DNA from: Octopus sinensis
Taxonomy: Eukaryota
DNA length: 64,000 nucleotides
Assembly: GCF_006345805.1 (NCBI RefSeq)
Contig: NC_043003.1
Location: 124,001-188,000 of the forward strand
Direction: 5' to 3'
Made by a program: the position numbers and the translations under genes. The notes under the pieces were generated by a model, which saw only the letters and a program-made list of their open reading frames with translations, was not told the DNA's origin and searched no databases. The first letter of the stretch is position 1. Every line of letters starts with the position of its first letter. Positions 1-11,549 of the stretch are shown one piece after another.

Positions 1-304
1 ACAGGCTTCAGGGTGCAAGGCAAAGCAGAAACGTGGCTGCAAATACACACCCTGCACTCACCTGTAATCCTCATACTTACAAGAGGTGTGGGCTTCTTTT
101 TTGCAAATCGTTGCCAGGACTTAAATGTCACATTCAACATAAGCATTGTGACTGACAAAGAAAGAATAGGTTGTTGGATGTTCATACGTTGAAACCAACA
201 CACATTGGAGTTTGCTGCTTGTCAGTTCCTTGTCAAACTGTCCAATCCATGTCAGCATGGAAAGTGAACATCAAATGATCATGATTATGATCATAGGCAC
301 AGAA

Positions 305-600
305 GAGACTGTGTGGTAAGTAGCTTGATTACCAACCTCATGGTTCCGGGTTCAGTCACACTGTGTAGCACCTTGGGCAAGTGTCTTCTATAGCCTCGGG
401 CTGACCAAAGCCTTGTGAGTGGATTTGGTAGCCAGAAACTGAAAGAAGTCTGTCATATATATACGTATGTGTGTGTGTGTCCCCTCACCATCGCTTGACA
501 ACCGATGCTGGTGTGCTTACGTCCCCGTAACTTAGCGGTTCAGCAAAAGAGACCAATAGAATAAGTAGAAGTCTTATAAAGAATGAGTCCCTGGAGATTA
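305..600 (+). mobile_element. SINE family A (tRNA-like head, internal TA/TG microsatellite, CR1-like tail); 3'-incomplete copy
   Basis: Head GTGGTAAGTAGCTTG...GGTTCCGGGTTCAGTC and body CCGATGCTGGTGTG...CCCCGTAACTTAGCGGTTC recur many times in the window. Confidence 0.75.
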
Positions 601-960
601 CATCAGGGTAGGAGAGTGTGCGCCCTCTGGTATTGCGAGTAGATGGCTTCCAGAGGAGAAGAGTAGAAATTGCCTCGTTTTCAGCTCTACAACAATGTCC
701 AGCAAACTGGACTCTCCTACCTTTCACAAGAGATGACACAGGTGGTAGATTCCCATATATTTGCATTTTGGTTGGATGGCGCTTCCATGAGAGATTTTGA
801 GCTCTCAAAGAGGACAAGAGTATATACTCACCCATAAGTTGTGCTCATGTATCAATTGCACCCCAACTTCTTCAGTTGAAATCCAGCATGAACAAGTGCA
901 ACACAGACAAGTAAATATGGTATTTAATTCTTTTATACTTCAGGTTATTTATATTTTGTT
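590..960 (-). mobile_element. Degraded RTE-like LINE C-terminal fragment
   Basis: Translation QNLSWKRHPTKMQIYGNLPPVSSLVKGRRVQFAGHCCR...LLLWKP matches the typical invertebrate RTE C-terminal pattern (RRLRFAGHCxR, LLLW). Confidence 0.65.
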
Positions 961-1488
961 GGCTAGAACATATAAATACCCACTCACCCAGCCCCAACTT
1001 CAAAAGAAGGCAAAATGCTTAATTAGATCTCGTCAGGTCAAAGTGCTTAATTAGATTTGCGACACAAGTCACAAGACTTCAGTTCCATGCTTTAAACTGC
1101 TCTAGTATCTGAGGTTTATCATTTGTTTCAGTTGATGCACAGTGGTCATGCTGGGGCACCACCTTGTAGAGTTTACTCAAAGAAACTGACCACAGTACTC
1201 CTTTTAAAGTCTGTTACTCATTCTGTCACTTTTGCTGAACCGCTAAGTCAAGGAGATATAAACATGCCAACACTGGTTGTCAAACAAGCACACACACACA
1301 CACGCGCATGCAGATGATGGGTTTCCACAAATAAAGTTCACTCACAAGGTATTAGCCAGCCCATGGCCTATTATAGGAAACACTTGCCCAAGGATGGAAC
1401 CCGAGGTCCCGCACAACAGGATGGAATCCAAAATTATGAGGTTGGAAAGTGAGCTTCTTGGTTCTACAGAAAGAAAAATCAAATTTAC

Positions 1489-1612
1489 CAATTTTTTTGT
1501 TCTTTGCACAGGGAATTAAGACTCCATCCACAAATGGCTTTGGGAATTGTTGACTAAAGGTCACAACTGCAGAGACTAAGAGCCTAGAATTTTGCTTGGA
1601 CTGCACCACAAA
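1489..1612 (-). CDS. FANCE: FANCE exon (FVVQSKQNSRLLVSAVVTFSQQFPKPFVDGVLIPCAKNKKI)
   Basis: Acceptor cctttgtAG and donor G|GTAAAT, 124 nt, phase 0-1. SRLLVSAVVTF resembles human SRLLTTALTSF (recalled). Downstream exons were not found in the window. Confidence 0.88.
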
Positions 1613-2289
1613 CTACAAAGGCAAAATAAATAAATAAATAATGAAAAGAATACAAATTTCCCATTAGTTTCGTTTGTAGCTTTGGTTACTTTGGTGCATT
1701 GAAGTATTTAACATTTAAAGGAATTTTACAAATAGGGTCCAGGGTAAGTTTTTGAGACATTTTTAGGAAAAATATGCATCTGATATGCCATCAAATAAAG
1801 TATTTATACTGAGAACTACTTCCACCTATTTTGGACAAGTAAAGAATAAAGTGTCCCATAACCTACTCAGCTGTTTGGAACTAAACTGAAGACTTTATAG
1901 AATATAATGAAGGCAACTTTCAGATAAAAAGTTCCTGACATTAATGCTAATATTTACAGCTAAGTGAACTGAGTCTGCAAGAATTAAATGTTTTGGTTAC
2001 ACACAAACCCAGTGCAACATGACAGGATATGATCTTTCAGCTAACACTTTATTCTTCCAATCTCGATCAGTTAACACATACAGACACACGTCTCATAATA
2101 TCTTAAAACCACTCTCTTTCCCATTCAGTGCAAAGAAAGAGAAATCAAAAACGACAAACAGAAAAAGAATCGAATCAATGGCCTTATTAGCCATAATACT
2201 CTGCTGGGAGACTCACTACCAGTGATAAATGGAGAAGAACAGCAACTGTTGTGCTATGACTTAAGTCCACCTTGTCTGCCTCCATTGTC

Positions 2290-2556
2290 ACTGACAGAAT
2301 ATCCACCTGTCCACGTAAAAAGCACCATCTGATCGTGGCCGTTTGCCAGACTCGTCTGGCACCTGTGCCGGTGGCATGTAAAAAGCACCCACTACACTCA
2401 CGGAGTGGTTGGCGTTAGGAAGGGCATCCAGCCGTAGAAACATTGCCAGATCAGACTGGAGCCCGGTGCAGCCTTCTGGCTTCCCAGACCCCAGTTGAAC
2501 TGTCCAACCCATGCTAGCATGGAAAGCGGATGTTAAACGATGATGATGATGATGAT
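2290..2556 (+). mobile_element. SINE family B, 3' part ending CCAACCCATGCTAGCATGGAAAGCGGA...(GAT)n
   Basis: The same tail recurs near 230-290, 3910-3960, 6175-6215, 7530-7580, 8840-8890 and 10405-10450. Confidence 0.7.
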
Positions 2557-2825
2557 CCTGTACTCTTTATGCGATAAACCACTGATTGAAAGAATGATAT
2601 ATCTGAAGCAATGGTCTATGGGTTGTACCTGGTCATTTGGTCAAGAGAGCTGACCTGAGGCTATACAGCAACATAACTGTTTATGATAATGCTTATTAAT
2701 TTGATGTGTATATAAATGTATGTACAATTGTTTATGCGTGTGTGTAAGTTCTTGTTTTTAAAACTTATATACATCAGTCAATCCTTTATCTTTCTTACAA
2801 AAGATGACAAATGGCAACCACTCAC

Positions 2826-2969
2826 CCTGGGAAGAATACAATCTTTGGCCAAGACCAGGCTGTTGGCATAACTGATTTGATTGCCGACCTCAGCAAAATG
2901 TTTGCATATCATGGCAAAGGAGGATTCTGACAGGGACTCAACATCTAACATGTGGCAGATTTGGTGAAC
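2826..2969 (-). CDS. FANCE: FANCE exon (VHQICHMLDVESLSESSFAMICKHFAEVGNQISYANSLVLAKDCILPR)
   Basis: Acceptor ttttttttAG and donor AGG|GTGAGT, 144 nt, phase 0-0. Aligns by eye to human MDLLCAQLQLPQLSD...LSLSNATVLTRSLFLGR. Confidence 0.88.
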
Positions 2970-3707
2970 CTAAAAAAAAAGAAAGAAAAATTAAACAAAT
3001 GGTTTTACTCTATTCACCATTGTAACCTAGCTTCCCCACTCCACCTTTTTTGAGCCCTGGGTCTCATAAGGCAAGTTATTCAGTTTCCATGGTGTAGAAG
3101 TGACTAAGATCACAACATCCCGGCTGAACAGGATGTTGGTCTGTTGCAGGGTTTGAGATCAACAATTTTGAGGGGCAGGGTTAGGTCAATTACATTGATC
3201 TCACTGCTTGACTGGTAATTTATTTTACTGACCCCAGGGTGATGAAAGGCTACTAAGCATTTTCGTCTGATATGCATGATTCTGTCAGCTATTGTTAGGC
3301 TTGAAGAAGTAATCAGCAATCCATCTCTGGATAACAAGGTTTAGTAATAACATCAAAACAACAGAAATGAGATTTGTGTATTCCTTCACTAATACACGAA
3401 TGGAATCAGAGAAATACACAACTACAACCAGGAATTGAAACCAGGTCTAAGCTTTTGGATGAGAAATATTTTCTGGTGGTTCTACAAGTTGTGGTGCACC
3501 TGAGCACTGTATACAATAATTTCATTATTATTATTATTTTATATATATATATAGATAGGATCAATATTTCAGTTACTCCTCTACTCTGTCCAACTTGACC
3601 ATTTACCAGAATGAGACAACTGGGCAGAGCTGACACTCAGCCTCTTTTAGAAACAATACTTTTATGTAATGGAGGCACAGACACACGTACATGTGCTCAG
3701 AAATATG

Positions 3708-3773
<66 letters not shown>

Positions 3774-4849
3774 CTTTGTGATTTATTCATTGAATGCAAT
3801 TGACAGAAACACTTCCCTTCTGCACGTTCACATAAAGAGAAACATAAAATCGTCTGATGTCAAATAAGTCAGCATCGAACCAGTGATGCCAAAATGTCTC
3901 CTTAATCCATCATCATTTAACATCTGCTTTTCACGCTGGCATGGGTTGGACAGTTTGATATGTGCTGCTAGGGCTAGGGGCTGCTGCACTAGGTTCCATT
4001 ATCTCTTCTGGCTTGGTTTCTGAGAGTGTAGTGGGTGCTTTTTATGTGCCACTGGCATGGGAACCTGTCAGGCGGCACTGGCATTGATCACATTCGGATG
4101 GTACTTTTTACATGCTACCAGCATGGGGAGTCAGTCAGGCAACACTGGCAACGACCCATGCATGAATGGTGCTTATTGCATGCCAAAATGCTTTATTGAC
4201 TTAATAGAGCTGAGCTAAAAAAAACAACTTTGCAAGCATGAATAGATGATACACCACATGAAGTTTCCATGTGGCATGCATGAAAAAAGCACTGAGTCCA
4301 TGCTGTGAAGTGGTTGGGTTTAGGAAGGGCATTCATTCACAGGAACTGTGCCAAAGCAAACACTGGAGTTCAATGAAGTCCTTGGACCCAATAGGGTCCT
4401 GTCAAACCATCCAATGCAATGCCAATATGGAAAAAAGGGACATTAAATGGTAATGTACAAATCAATGGCTTGTAAACCTTATTTATGTGATGAATGGTAA
4501 AACATTATCCATTGTTGAATTCTGCCAAATAAGACATCAGACATGCTATAAGATGATGTTTACATTCGTCTCTTATCAACCCTAAATCACCAACCAACAA
4601 ATGAGTCAATGAAGAGTCGACCTACTAGAAATAGCAGCCAAATCTCTTTCAGGACGCCACTTTATAAATAGAAAATAAAAAAGGAAAGTATGTGTATGAT
4701 ATTTATAGTCCTAGATACACTGTGTCTGAAATGGAAATTCGTATGGTCCCTGTTGAAATGCCCTTGATGAGAGGTCCCTGTTTGGTCAGGATTAACCTCC
4801 AGTGAAATTGCAATAACAACAGCAACAACATCGCTGAATCCTCGCTCAC

Positions 4850-4951
4850 CTGTTGGTCTGAACATTCAACAAAAAGGGTCAATTCGGGTGGTAACACGTT
4901 CTGGGGTTTGTCTCCTTGTTGCCAGACATACTTCAACTGGTTGGCCTTCAT
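4850..4951 (-). CDS. FANCE: FANCE exon (MKANQLKYVWQQGDKPQNVLPPELTLFVECSDQQ)
   Basis: Acceptor ttttgctAG and donor CAG|GTGAG, 102 nt, phase 0-0. PPELTLFVECSDQQ resembles human PPVELQLLHECSPSQ (recalled). Confidence 0.85.
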
Positions 4952-5654
4952 CTAGCAAAAGTACAAAAAGTGGTTAATATATTTTGCTGAGATTGCACGT
5001 GCAATTAGGATACAAATACTCCCTCAAAGGGTCATTTATCTTTAACTTGTTTGAGTCACTGGACTGCTAGGGGCAACGCTTTAAACAGTTTAGTCAACCC
5101 AATCAATCTCAATATTTATTTTTTAAGTCAGGTACTAATTCCATCAATCTCTTTTGCTGAATCACTAAGTTACGAGGACTTAAACTAACACCAGTTGTCA
5201 AACAATAGTGGGATAGGGGGGGGGGGCAAACACAAAGACACACACACATGCATGATGCGCTTCCACACAGCTGACTCTCTACCAAATTCACAAAGCTTCG
5301 TCAATCTGGGGTTATATCAGAAGACACTTGCTGAAGGTGTTGTGCAGTGGGACCGAACCCAAAACCACATGGTTGCAAAACAAGTTTATCCAAAATTTTC
5401 AGGAATTCAAAGACAACACAGGGAAGAAGGAATCTTGTCTTGAAACCCGACCAGTGGAAGCAGTGTTATTAGATTTCCTCAACAAAGAATATTCTGTTCA
5501 TTTGGTAAACCTTTGAAGTGATCAATTCTGCCATTTAAATTATTTTAATGACTGTATGCATTAATATCTGATTAAAGAAAGGCGTAAATTAGCAGGAATA
5601 ATTATTAAAATTTTATGTGGAGGATGGATTAAGTATCCGAAAGATTTTAATAAT

Positions 5655-5867
5655 TCTTTTATTCTTTTACTTGTTTCAGTCGGTTGACTGTGGCCATGCT
5701 GGAGCACCGCGTTTAGGCGAATAAATCAACTCCAGGACTTATTTTTTGTAAGCCTAGTACTTATTCTATCAGTCTCTGTTGCCAAACAGCTAAGTTATGG
5801 GGATATAAACAAACCAACACCAGTTGTCAAGCGATGGTGGTGGTGGACAAAAACAGATAGACACACA

Positions 5868-5939
<72 letters not shown>

Positions 5940-6085
5940 CACGACAGGCTTCTTTCAGTTTCTGTCTACCAAATCCACTTAAAAGGCGTTGGTCAGCCCG
6001 ACACTATAGCAGAAGACACTTGCCTAAGGTGCCATGCAGTAGGACTGAACCTGGAACCATGTGATGGGACCACACAGCCACTCCT
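5655..6085 (-). mobile_element. SINE family A, near full length
   Basis: Head, (CA)n/(TA)n insert and GCGGTGCTCCAGCATGGCCACAGT...ACTGAAACAAG tail are all present. Confidence 0.75.
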
Positions 6086-6736
6086 GTGCCTATGGTGAAA
6101 ATATAGAGTTTTGACTTAGATCAGTGCAACAAGTAAGATATTGTAAAGTAGTATTAATGTGGCTCTATAATGATCATTAAGCATCCATGTTCCACGCTGG
6201 CATGGATTGGGTGGTTTGACAGGAGCTGGTGAGGCCCCTGGACCCCCACCAGGTCCCAGTTGTGGGTTTTGGCATGGTCTCTACAGCATGGTGCCCTTCC
6301 TAATGCCAACCACTTTACAGAGTATGGTGGATGTTTCCATGGCACCAGCACTAGCGATGCCACCTAGACTACAAACCTTGAGTGGGAAGTGGAGAATAAG
6401 GAGGTGGGGAAGGCCAGAGCGGAAGAGGTTCCTTGCTGTAGAGGGGCTACAGGGCTAGTTAGATTTTAGAAAAGAGTGTGGGAATGATCAGGTGGGGCAG
6501 GAAAGTGATAATAGGGGAGGGGATGAGGTGTTAGGGTGGACCTTCAAGGTACAAGGTATGTAGGAATGAGTGGGGCAGGGGTGTGTGGGAGGAGTAAAAG
6601 GATGTCTTACGGTGTGAGGCAGGAGAATGGAGATGATAATACAATAAACAGGACAAGAGAGAGAAAAAGGTAACTCATTTGCAAGTGTTGGACTTCTCTA
6701 TTAACAATAATACTACAACCTCTAAACTAAACTTAC

Positions 6737-6924
6737 TTCTATGTCTGGTGGTAATTCATGAGAAGGCACTTCCACTGGTGATGGGGGTTTGGGAACTTCC
6801 ATTGGTGATGGGGGTTTGCTGGATTCTTCAACTGGAATATTTGTAGATTTACTGGATTCGGGTTCGATTGCTCCTTCTTTTGCCACTTCCATAGATTCTT
6901 CACTGCAACTGTCAGAATGAATAA
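6737..6924 (-). CDS. FANCE: FANCE linker exon (IHSDSCSEESMEVAKE...KPPSPMEVPKPPSPVEVPSHELPPDIE)
   Basis: Acceptor ctatttcAG and donor GAA|GTAAGT, 188 nt (2 + 62x3). An acidic, Pro-rich linker ending in ELPPDIE. Confidence 0.8.
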
Positions 6925-7458
6925 CTGAAATAGATTGTAATCCATTTAGGATGATGTTGATGATGATGATGATGATGATAGTGGTAAAGCTCATGCCATA
7001 TTAATAACATTTATCATAACTGTTGTCTTTTTAGGCAGATCAGTCGTGATTGATGAGACTAATGGCTAAAGATTTTTCAGCTCTTCTTATTTCATCTTTG
7101 TTTTTATCCAAGACAATGCTGTGCAATGTTTTCTTTCTAAGATGGTAGGGTTTGGTTTGAGGGAAATTTGGTTGCTATATATTGCAGGTCGAACAACTGT
7201 ATAGAGGCTGCATTGCTAGCTGCAAGATTAAGTTACAGTGTTTGCCTTTGGTGTGGTTTCTATAGCCAGATGCCCTTCCTAAGGCCAACCACTTCACAGA
7301 ACGTTCTGGATGCTGCTCTTTTGCAGTATCAGCACTGGTGAAGTCACCAAGTACTTACAGGACAAAATGCTTCAATTGAGATACAGCACTGAGGGCCATA
7401 AAAATGTGTGCATGTATGTATATATATGTGTGCGTATATATATGTGTGTGTGTGTGTG

Positions 7459-7523
<65 letters not shown>

Positions 7524-7529
7524 ATATAT

Positions 7530-8290
7530 CATCATCATCATCGTTTAACGTCCGCCTTCCATGCTAGCATGGGTTGGACGATTTTGACTGAGGGCTGGCG
7601 AACCAGACGGTCGTACCAGGCTCCAATATTGATCTGGCAGAGTTTCTACAGCTGGATGCCCTTCCTAATGCCAACCACTCCGAGAGTGTAGTGGTTGCTT
7701 TTTACGTGCCACCAGCACGGAGCCAGTCAGGCGGTACTGGCAATGACCTCACTCGAATCTTTTTACATATGCCACCGGCACAGGTGTCAGTAAGGCGACG
7801 TTGGTAACAATAATGCTCGAATGGTGCCCTTTTACGTGCCACCGGCACGGAGCCAGTTGGCTATTCTGGCAACGATCACGCTCGGATGGTGCTCTTGGCA
7901 CCCTACTAGCACAGGCACAAGTGCCAGTAAGGCAACGCTGGTAATGATCACACTCGAATGGTGCCCTTTTATGTGCCACTGGCACGGAAGCCGGTTAGCC
8001 GCTCTGTTCTGTCAACAATCACCCTCGTATGGTGCTTTTGCACCCCGCTAGCACGGATGCCAGTCGTTGAATTTGATTTTGATTTCACTTGCCTCAACAG
8101 GTCTTCGCAAGCAGAGTTTAGTGACCAAGGAAGGAAAAGGTACGCATAAGTGGGCTGGTTACGCCCCTGGCATAGGCCTCGAGGTTATGGTCTCATTTGG
8201 CTTGCCGGGTCTTCTCAAGCACAGCATATTTCCAAAAGTCATGGTCACTAGTCATTTCCTTGGTGAGGCCTAATGTTTGAAGGTCATGCC
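7530..8290 (-). mobile_element. SINE family B long variant with internal tandem array
   Basis: (GAT)n tail plus repeated GTGCCACCGGCACG...CTGGCAACGATCACGCTCGAATGGTGC units. Paralogous to 8840-9410. Confidence 0.7.
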
Positions 8291-8715
8291 AGTCAGTGGG
8301 GGCACTGGCATCAATCACGTTTGGATAGTGCTTTTTACTGGCACAGGAGCCAGTCAGGCGAAATTGCAATAAATGTTTTAACTATGCAAAGAGTTTTAAA
8401 AACTAATCCTCATTAAAAGGGATTTAGGATAGATTATTATGAAATCTAACAATTTTGTTCCCATTTACTTGTGTACCTTTGTACTACGGACTAAAAGGGG
8501 AGAACATTCGTCCGCTGAAGCCAATTGTCCGTAGGTACTGACACTAAGGAGTGGCTAATATCAACAGCTACATTATGAAAGACAGAGGAATAAATATAAT
8601 TCTGTACTTTTAATCAAGCACATCATCGAATCTGACAGTGTAAAATAGCTGTACATTGTAAATTATATTCTATAATACAGGAAATTCAACATTTAAAATT
8701 TAAAATCAGACTTAC

Positions 8716-8763
8716 CATAAATGGTGAAGAGGTGTTGGTGATATGCTGTGATTTTGTCTGCTG
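8716..8763 (-). CDS. FANCE: Possible FANCE micro-exon (42, 45 or 48 nt; ...DKITAYHQHLFTIY)
   Basis: Strong donor G|GTAAGT at 8715. Three tandem in-frame AGs (gaAGcAGcAG) give a phase 1-1 exon compatible with both neighbours. The polypyrimidine tract is weak, and skipping the exon also keeps frame. Confidence 0.35.
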
Positions 8764-8807
8764 CTTCCGAAATTTGTCAAAGGAAGATCCATAGTACCAT
8801 GGTATGA

Positions 8808-8839
<32 letters not shown>

Positions 8840-8841
<2 letters not shown>

Positions 8842-9410
8842 CATCATCGTCATTTAACGTCCGCTTTCCATGCTAGCATGGGTTGGACGATTTGACTGAG
8901 GTCTGCGAACCTGACTCCAATCTGATCTGGCAGAGTTTCTACAGCTGGATGCCCTTCTTAACGCCAACCACTCCGAGAGTGTTGTGGGTGTTTTTACATG
9001 CCACTGGCACGAGGGCCAGTTTGGTGGTACTGGCAACGGCCACGCCCAAATGGTGCTTTTTATGTGCCACCTGCACAAGAGCCAGTCCAGCGGCACTGGC
9101 GACGTCCTCGCTCGAATGTTTCACGTGCCACCAGCACAGGTGCTAGTAATGCGACGCGGTAATGATCACGCTCAAATGGTGTTTTTAATGTGTCATCAGC
9201 ACGAAGGCCAGCTTGTTGCTCTGGCAACGATCTGACTCATATAGTACTCTTAGCACTCCACTAGCAATGGATGCCAGTCACCGAGTTTGATTCCGACTTC
9301 AATTTCACTTGCCTCAACTGGCCTTCGCAAGCAGAGTTTAGTGTCCAATGAAGAAAAGGCATGCACAAGTGGACTGGTTACACCCCTAGCATAGGCCACA
9401 AGGTTATGGT
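8840..9410 (-). mobile_element. SINE family B long variant with internal tandem array
   Basis: Collinear with 7530-8290. Confidence 0.7.
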
Positions 9411-9599
9411 CACACACACACACATAGACACACTCACATATAATGGGCTTCTACATAGTTTGTCTAGGAAATCCACACACAAAGCAATGATTGGTCTAGG
9501 GCAATAGAGAAGAAACTTGCTCAAGATGTCACCAAGTAAAGTGTGGAGGCATCTGCTGTTGCAGTGCATTCCTGCATTTGCCATTTGTGAGTATAATCC

Positions 9600-10110
9600 C
9601 AGGTCCTTCTGGGCAACCAGTCAAGCAGAGTCCTGGCCAGTTTCTATCTCCACAGGATACTTCTTCATCTGCTGTGACCATGTGGCATGTGGTTGACCAA
9701 CATGAGCCATCAACCCAGCTGGATCTTCAGTCAATGGAACACAGTTAGCAGCTCAAACAGTCTGAGCTGGCACTCCCAAATCATACACGTAACAGGATGC
9801 ATTCCAGCTTCTGAGTAGAGTCGTTGGTTGGACAGGAAATCCAACCAATAGTAACCCATAATCCTACCAAAGGAGTTCCGATGGCTCCTAAGGACCCCAG
9901 ACAGCATCCAAGTTTCACAACTACAAAGCAGGATAAGGAGGACCAGAGATCTAAAGATCTGAACCTTTGTCCTCCTGCTCAGATATCAGCAGCACCAAAC
10001 ACCCTTGTCCAATGAATCCACAACTGCACTCTGCTTGTCCAAGTCTTTTTAGGACTCCAGACTCGCAGCTAATGTCACCATGAAACTCACTGCTAAAATA
10101 AGTGAAGCAA
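9600..10110 (-). mobile_element. Degraded RTE-like LINE fragment
   Basis: FHGDISCESGVLKRLGQA...FIGQGCL resembles the RTE motif '..DSSxEVxRRIGRAWGVMxSLDxGVWR..RTKV'. Many frameshifts. Confidence 0.5.
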
Positions 10111-10669
10111 TCAAAAACTTCAACATTCTCACTCACAACAGAAAAAGACAAGAAGACTCGGGGGGAACTTAGAAGCAGTACAAAATAATTTAAACAAAAA
10201 CAGAATTTAAAAAGAAGAAAAGTAAAGTTGGTTACCAATGACTGGACTTTCTGGCACTATTATGTTAATGCATTGCTCTTGAAGAGAATGCTGTTGGTTT
10301 GGAGAGGTCACATCATCTGTGCTTGTAATGTTTCCATCTGGTTGAGAGGGAGAGAAATGAAAGAGTTCATGGAACAATTCAAAATGAATTTGCCTCACAT
10401 TATACATCATTCAACATCCATTTTCTATGGTGGCATGGGTTGGACAGCTTGACAAGAGCTGGTAAGGCCAGGAGCCGCACCAGGTTCCACAGACAGTTTG
10501 GGCTTGGTTTCTACAGCTGGATGCCCTTCCTAACATGCCAACCTCTTTACAGAGAGGGTGCTGGGTGTTGCCACCAACACAAGTGCTTTTTATTAGTTTG
10601 ATTGAATTAAATGTGTTGCTTTCTTAGACTGAGACAGGATTTGTTTGGTAGGTATCTTTTACCAGTTAC

Positions 10670-11075
10670 TTGTTTTAGTCACTGGACTAGCGGCCATACT
10701 GGGGCACTGCCTTGAAAGGTTTAGCTGAACTGATCCCCCTCCACCTCTTGCCCCTCTACTTATTCTTTTTAAGTTTGATACTTATTCTATTGATCTCTTT
10801 TGCCAAACTGCTAAGTTACAAGGACATAAACAAACCAGCACCTATTGTCACATGCTGGTGGTAGTAGTGACAAGCACACACACACATATACACATATATA
10901 CACACACACTTACACACAAGTATATACACATACAGGTTTCCTTACAATTTCTGTCCATAAAATCCACTCGCCAGGCTTTGGTCGGCCCAGGGCTATAGAA
11001 GAGGACACTTGGCCAAGTTACTGCACATTGGGACTGAACTCAGAACCATGTAGTTGGGAAGCAAACTTCTCAGCC
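10670..11075 (-). mobile_element. SINE family A copy
   Basis: Head, (CA)n insert and tail motifs as in the other family A copies. Confidence 0.65.
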
Positions 11076-11148
11076 ACACACAGTAAATGAATGACTAAAT
11101 GAAATGAAGTAAAAATAAACAACAAACAAATAAGAATTGGTGACTTAC

Positions 11149-11498
11149 CAGGAATTTGCTGTGGTCCCTCTCTAACAAATGAAGGTAAGAAAGGATTGTA
11201 TTGGTGAGTTGATGCTGGTGACTTCAATATGTCATTTAGTATCTCTTGGTTTTGCTTGGAGATGACATGGGGAAAATGGTTATTTGGAAGAAAAGTTTGG
11301 TTCCAAGTTAATCTACAATTATACTGAAAATGGTTAAAAAGAGACTGGATCCTATTGTTGGGGACATATTGGATGTTTTGTTGAATGGTAGCCAGGAATT
11401 CTTGTGTAGACTGTTCTGGAAGTTCAGCCAAATGTTGAGTCAAAAATGATAGCAAACATTTTTGGAAATATTCCGTCAGAAGAAAGAAGGTGGGGCAA
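11149..11498 (-). CDS. FANCE: FANCE coding exon 2 (CPTFFLLTEYFQKCLLSFLTQHLAELP...REGPQQIP)
   Basis: Acceptor ttttcttcAG and donor G|GTAAGT. The 350 nt are open (1 + 116x3 + 1) and the phase matches exon 1. QKCLLSFL resembles human QRNLMSLL (recalled). Confidence 0.85.
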
Positions 11499-11549
11499 CT
11501 GAAGAAAACAAAAATAAGGCTTTCTTGTATTTGTCACAAGAACATTAGA

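Noticed and set aside
80-150. Minus-strand AG...GTAAGT segment as the next FANCE exon
   Set aside because: The phase fits, but the peptide (TMLMLNVTFKSWQRFAKKK) shows no resemblance to the expected FANCE continuation.
730-810. Apparent AG-GT bounded exon on the minus strand
   Set aside because: The translation is part of the RTE LINE fragment.
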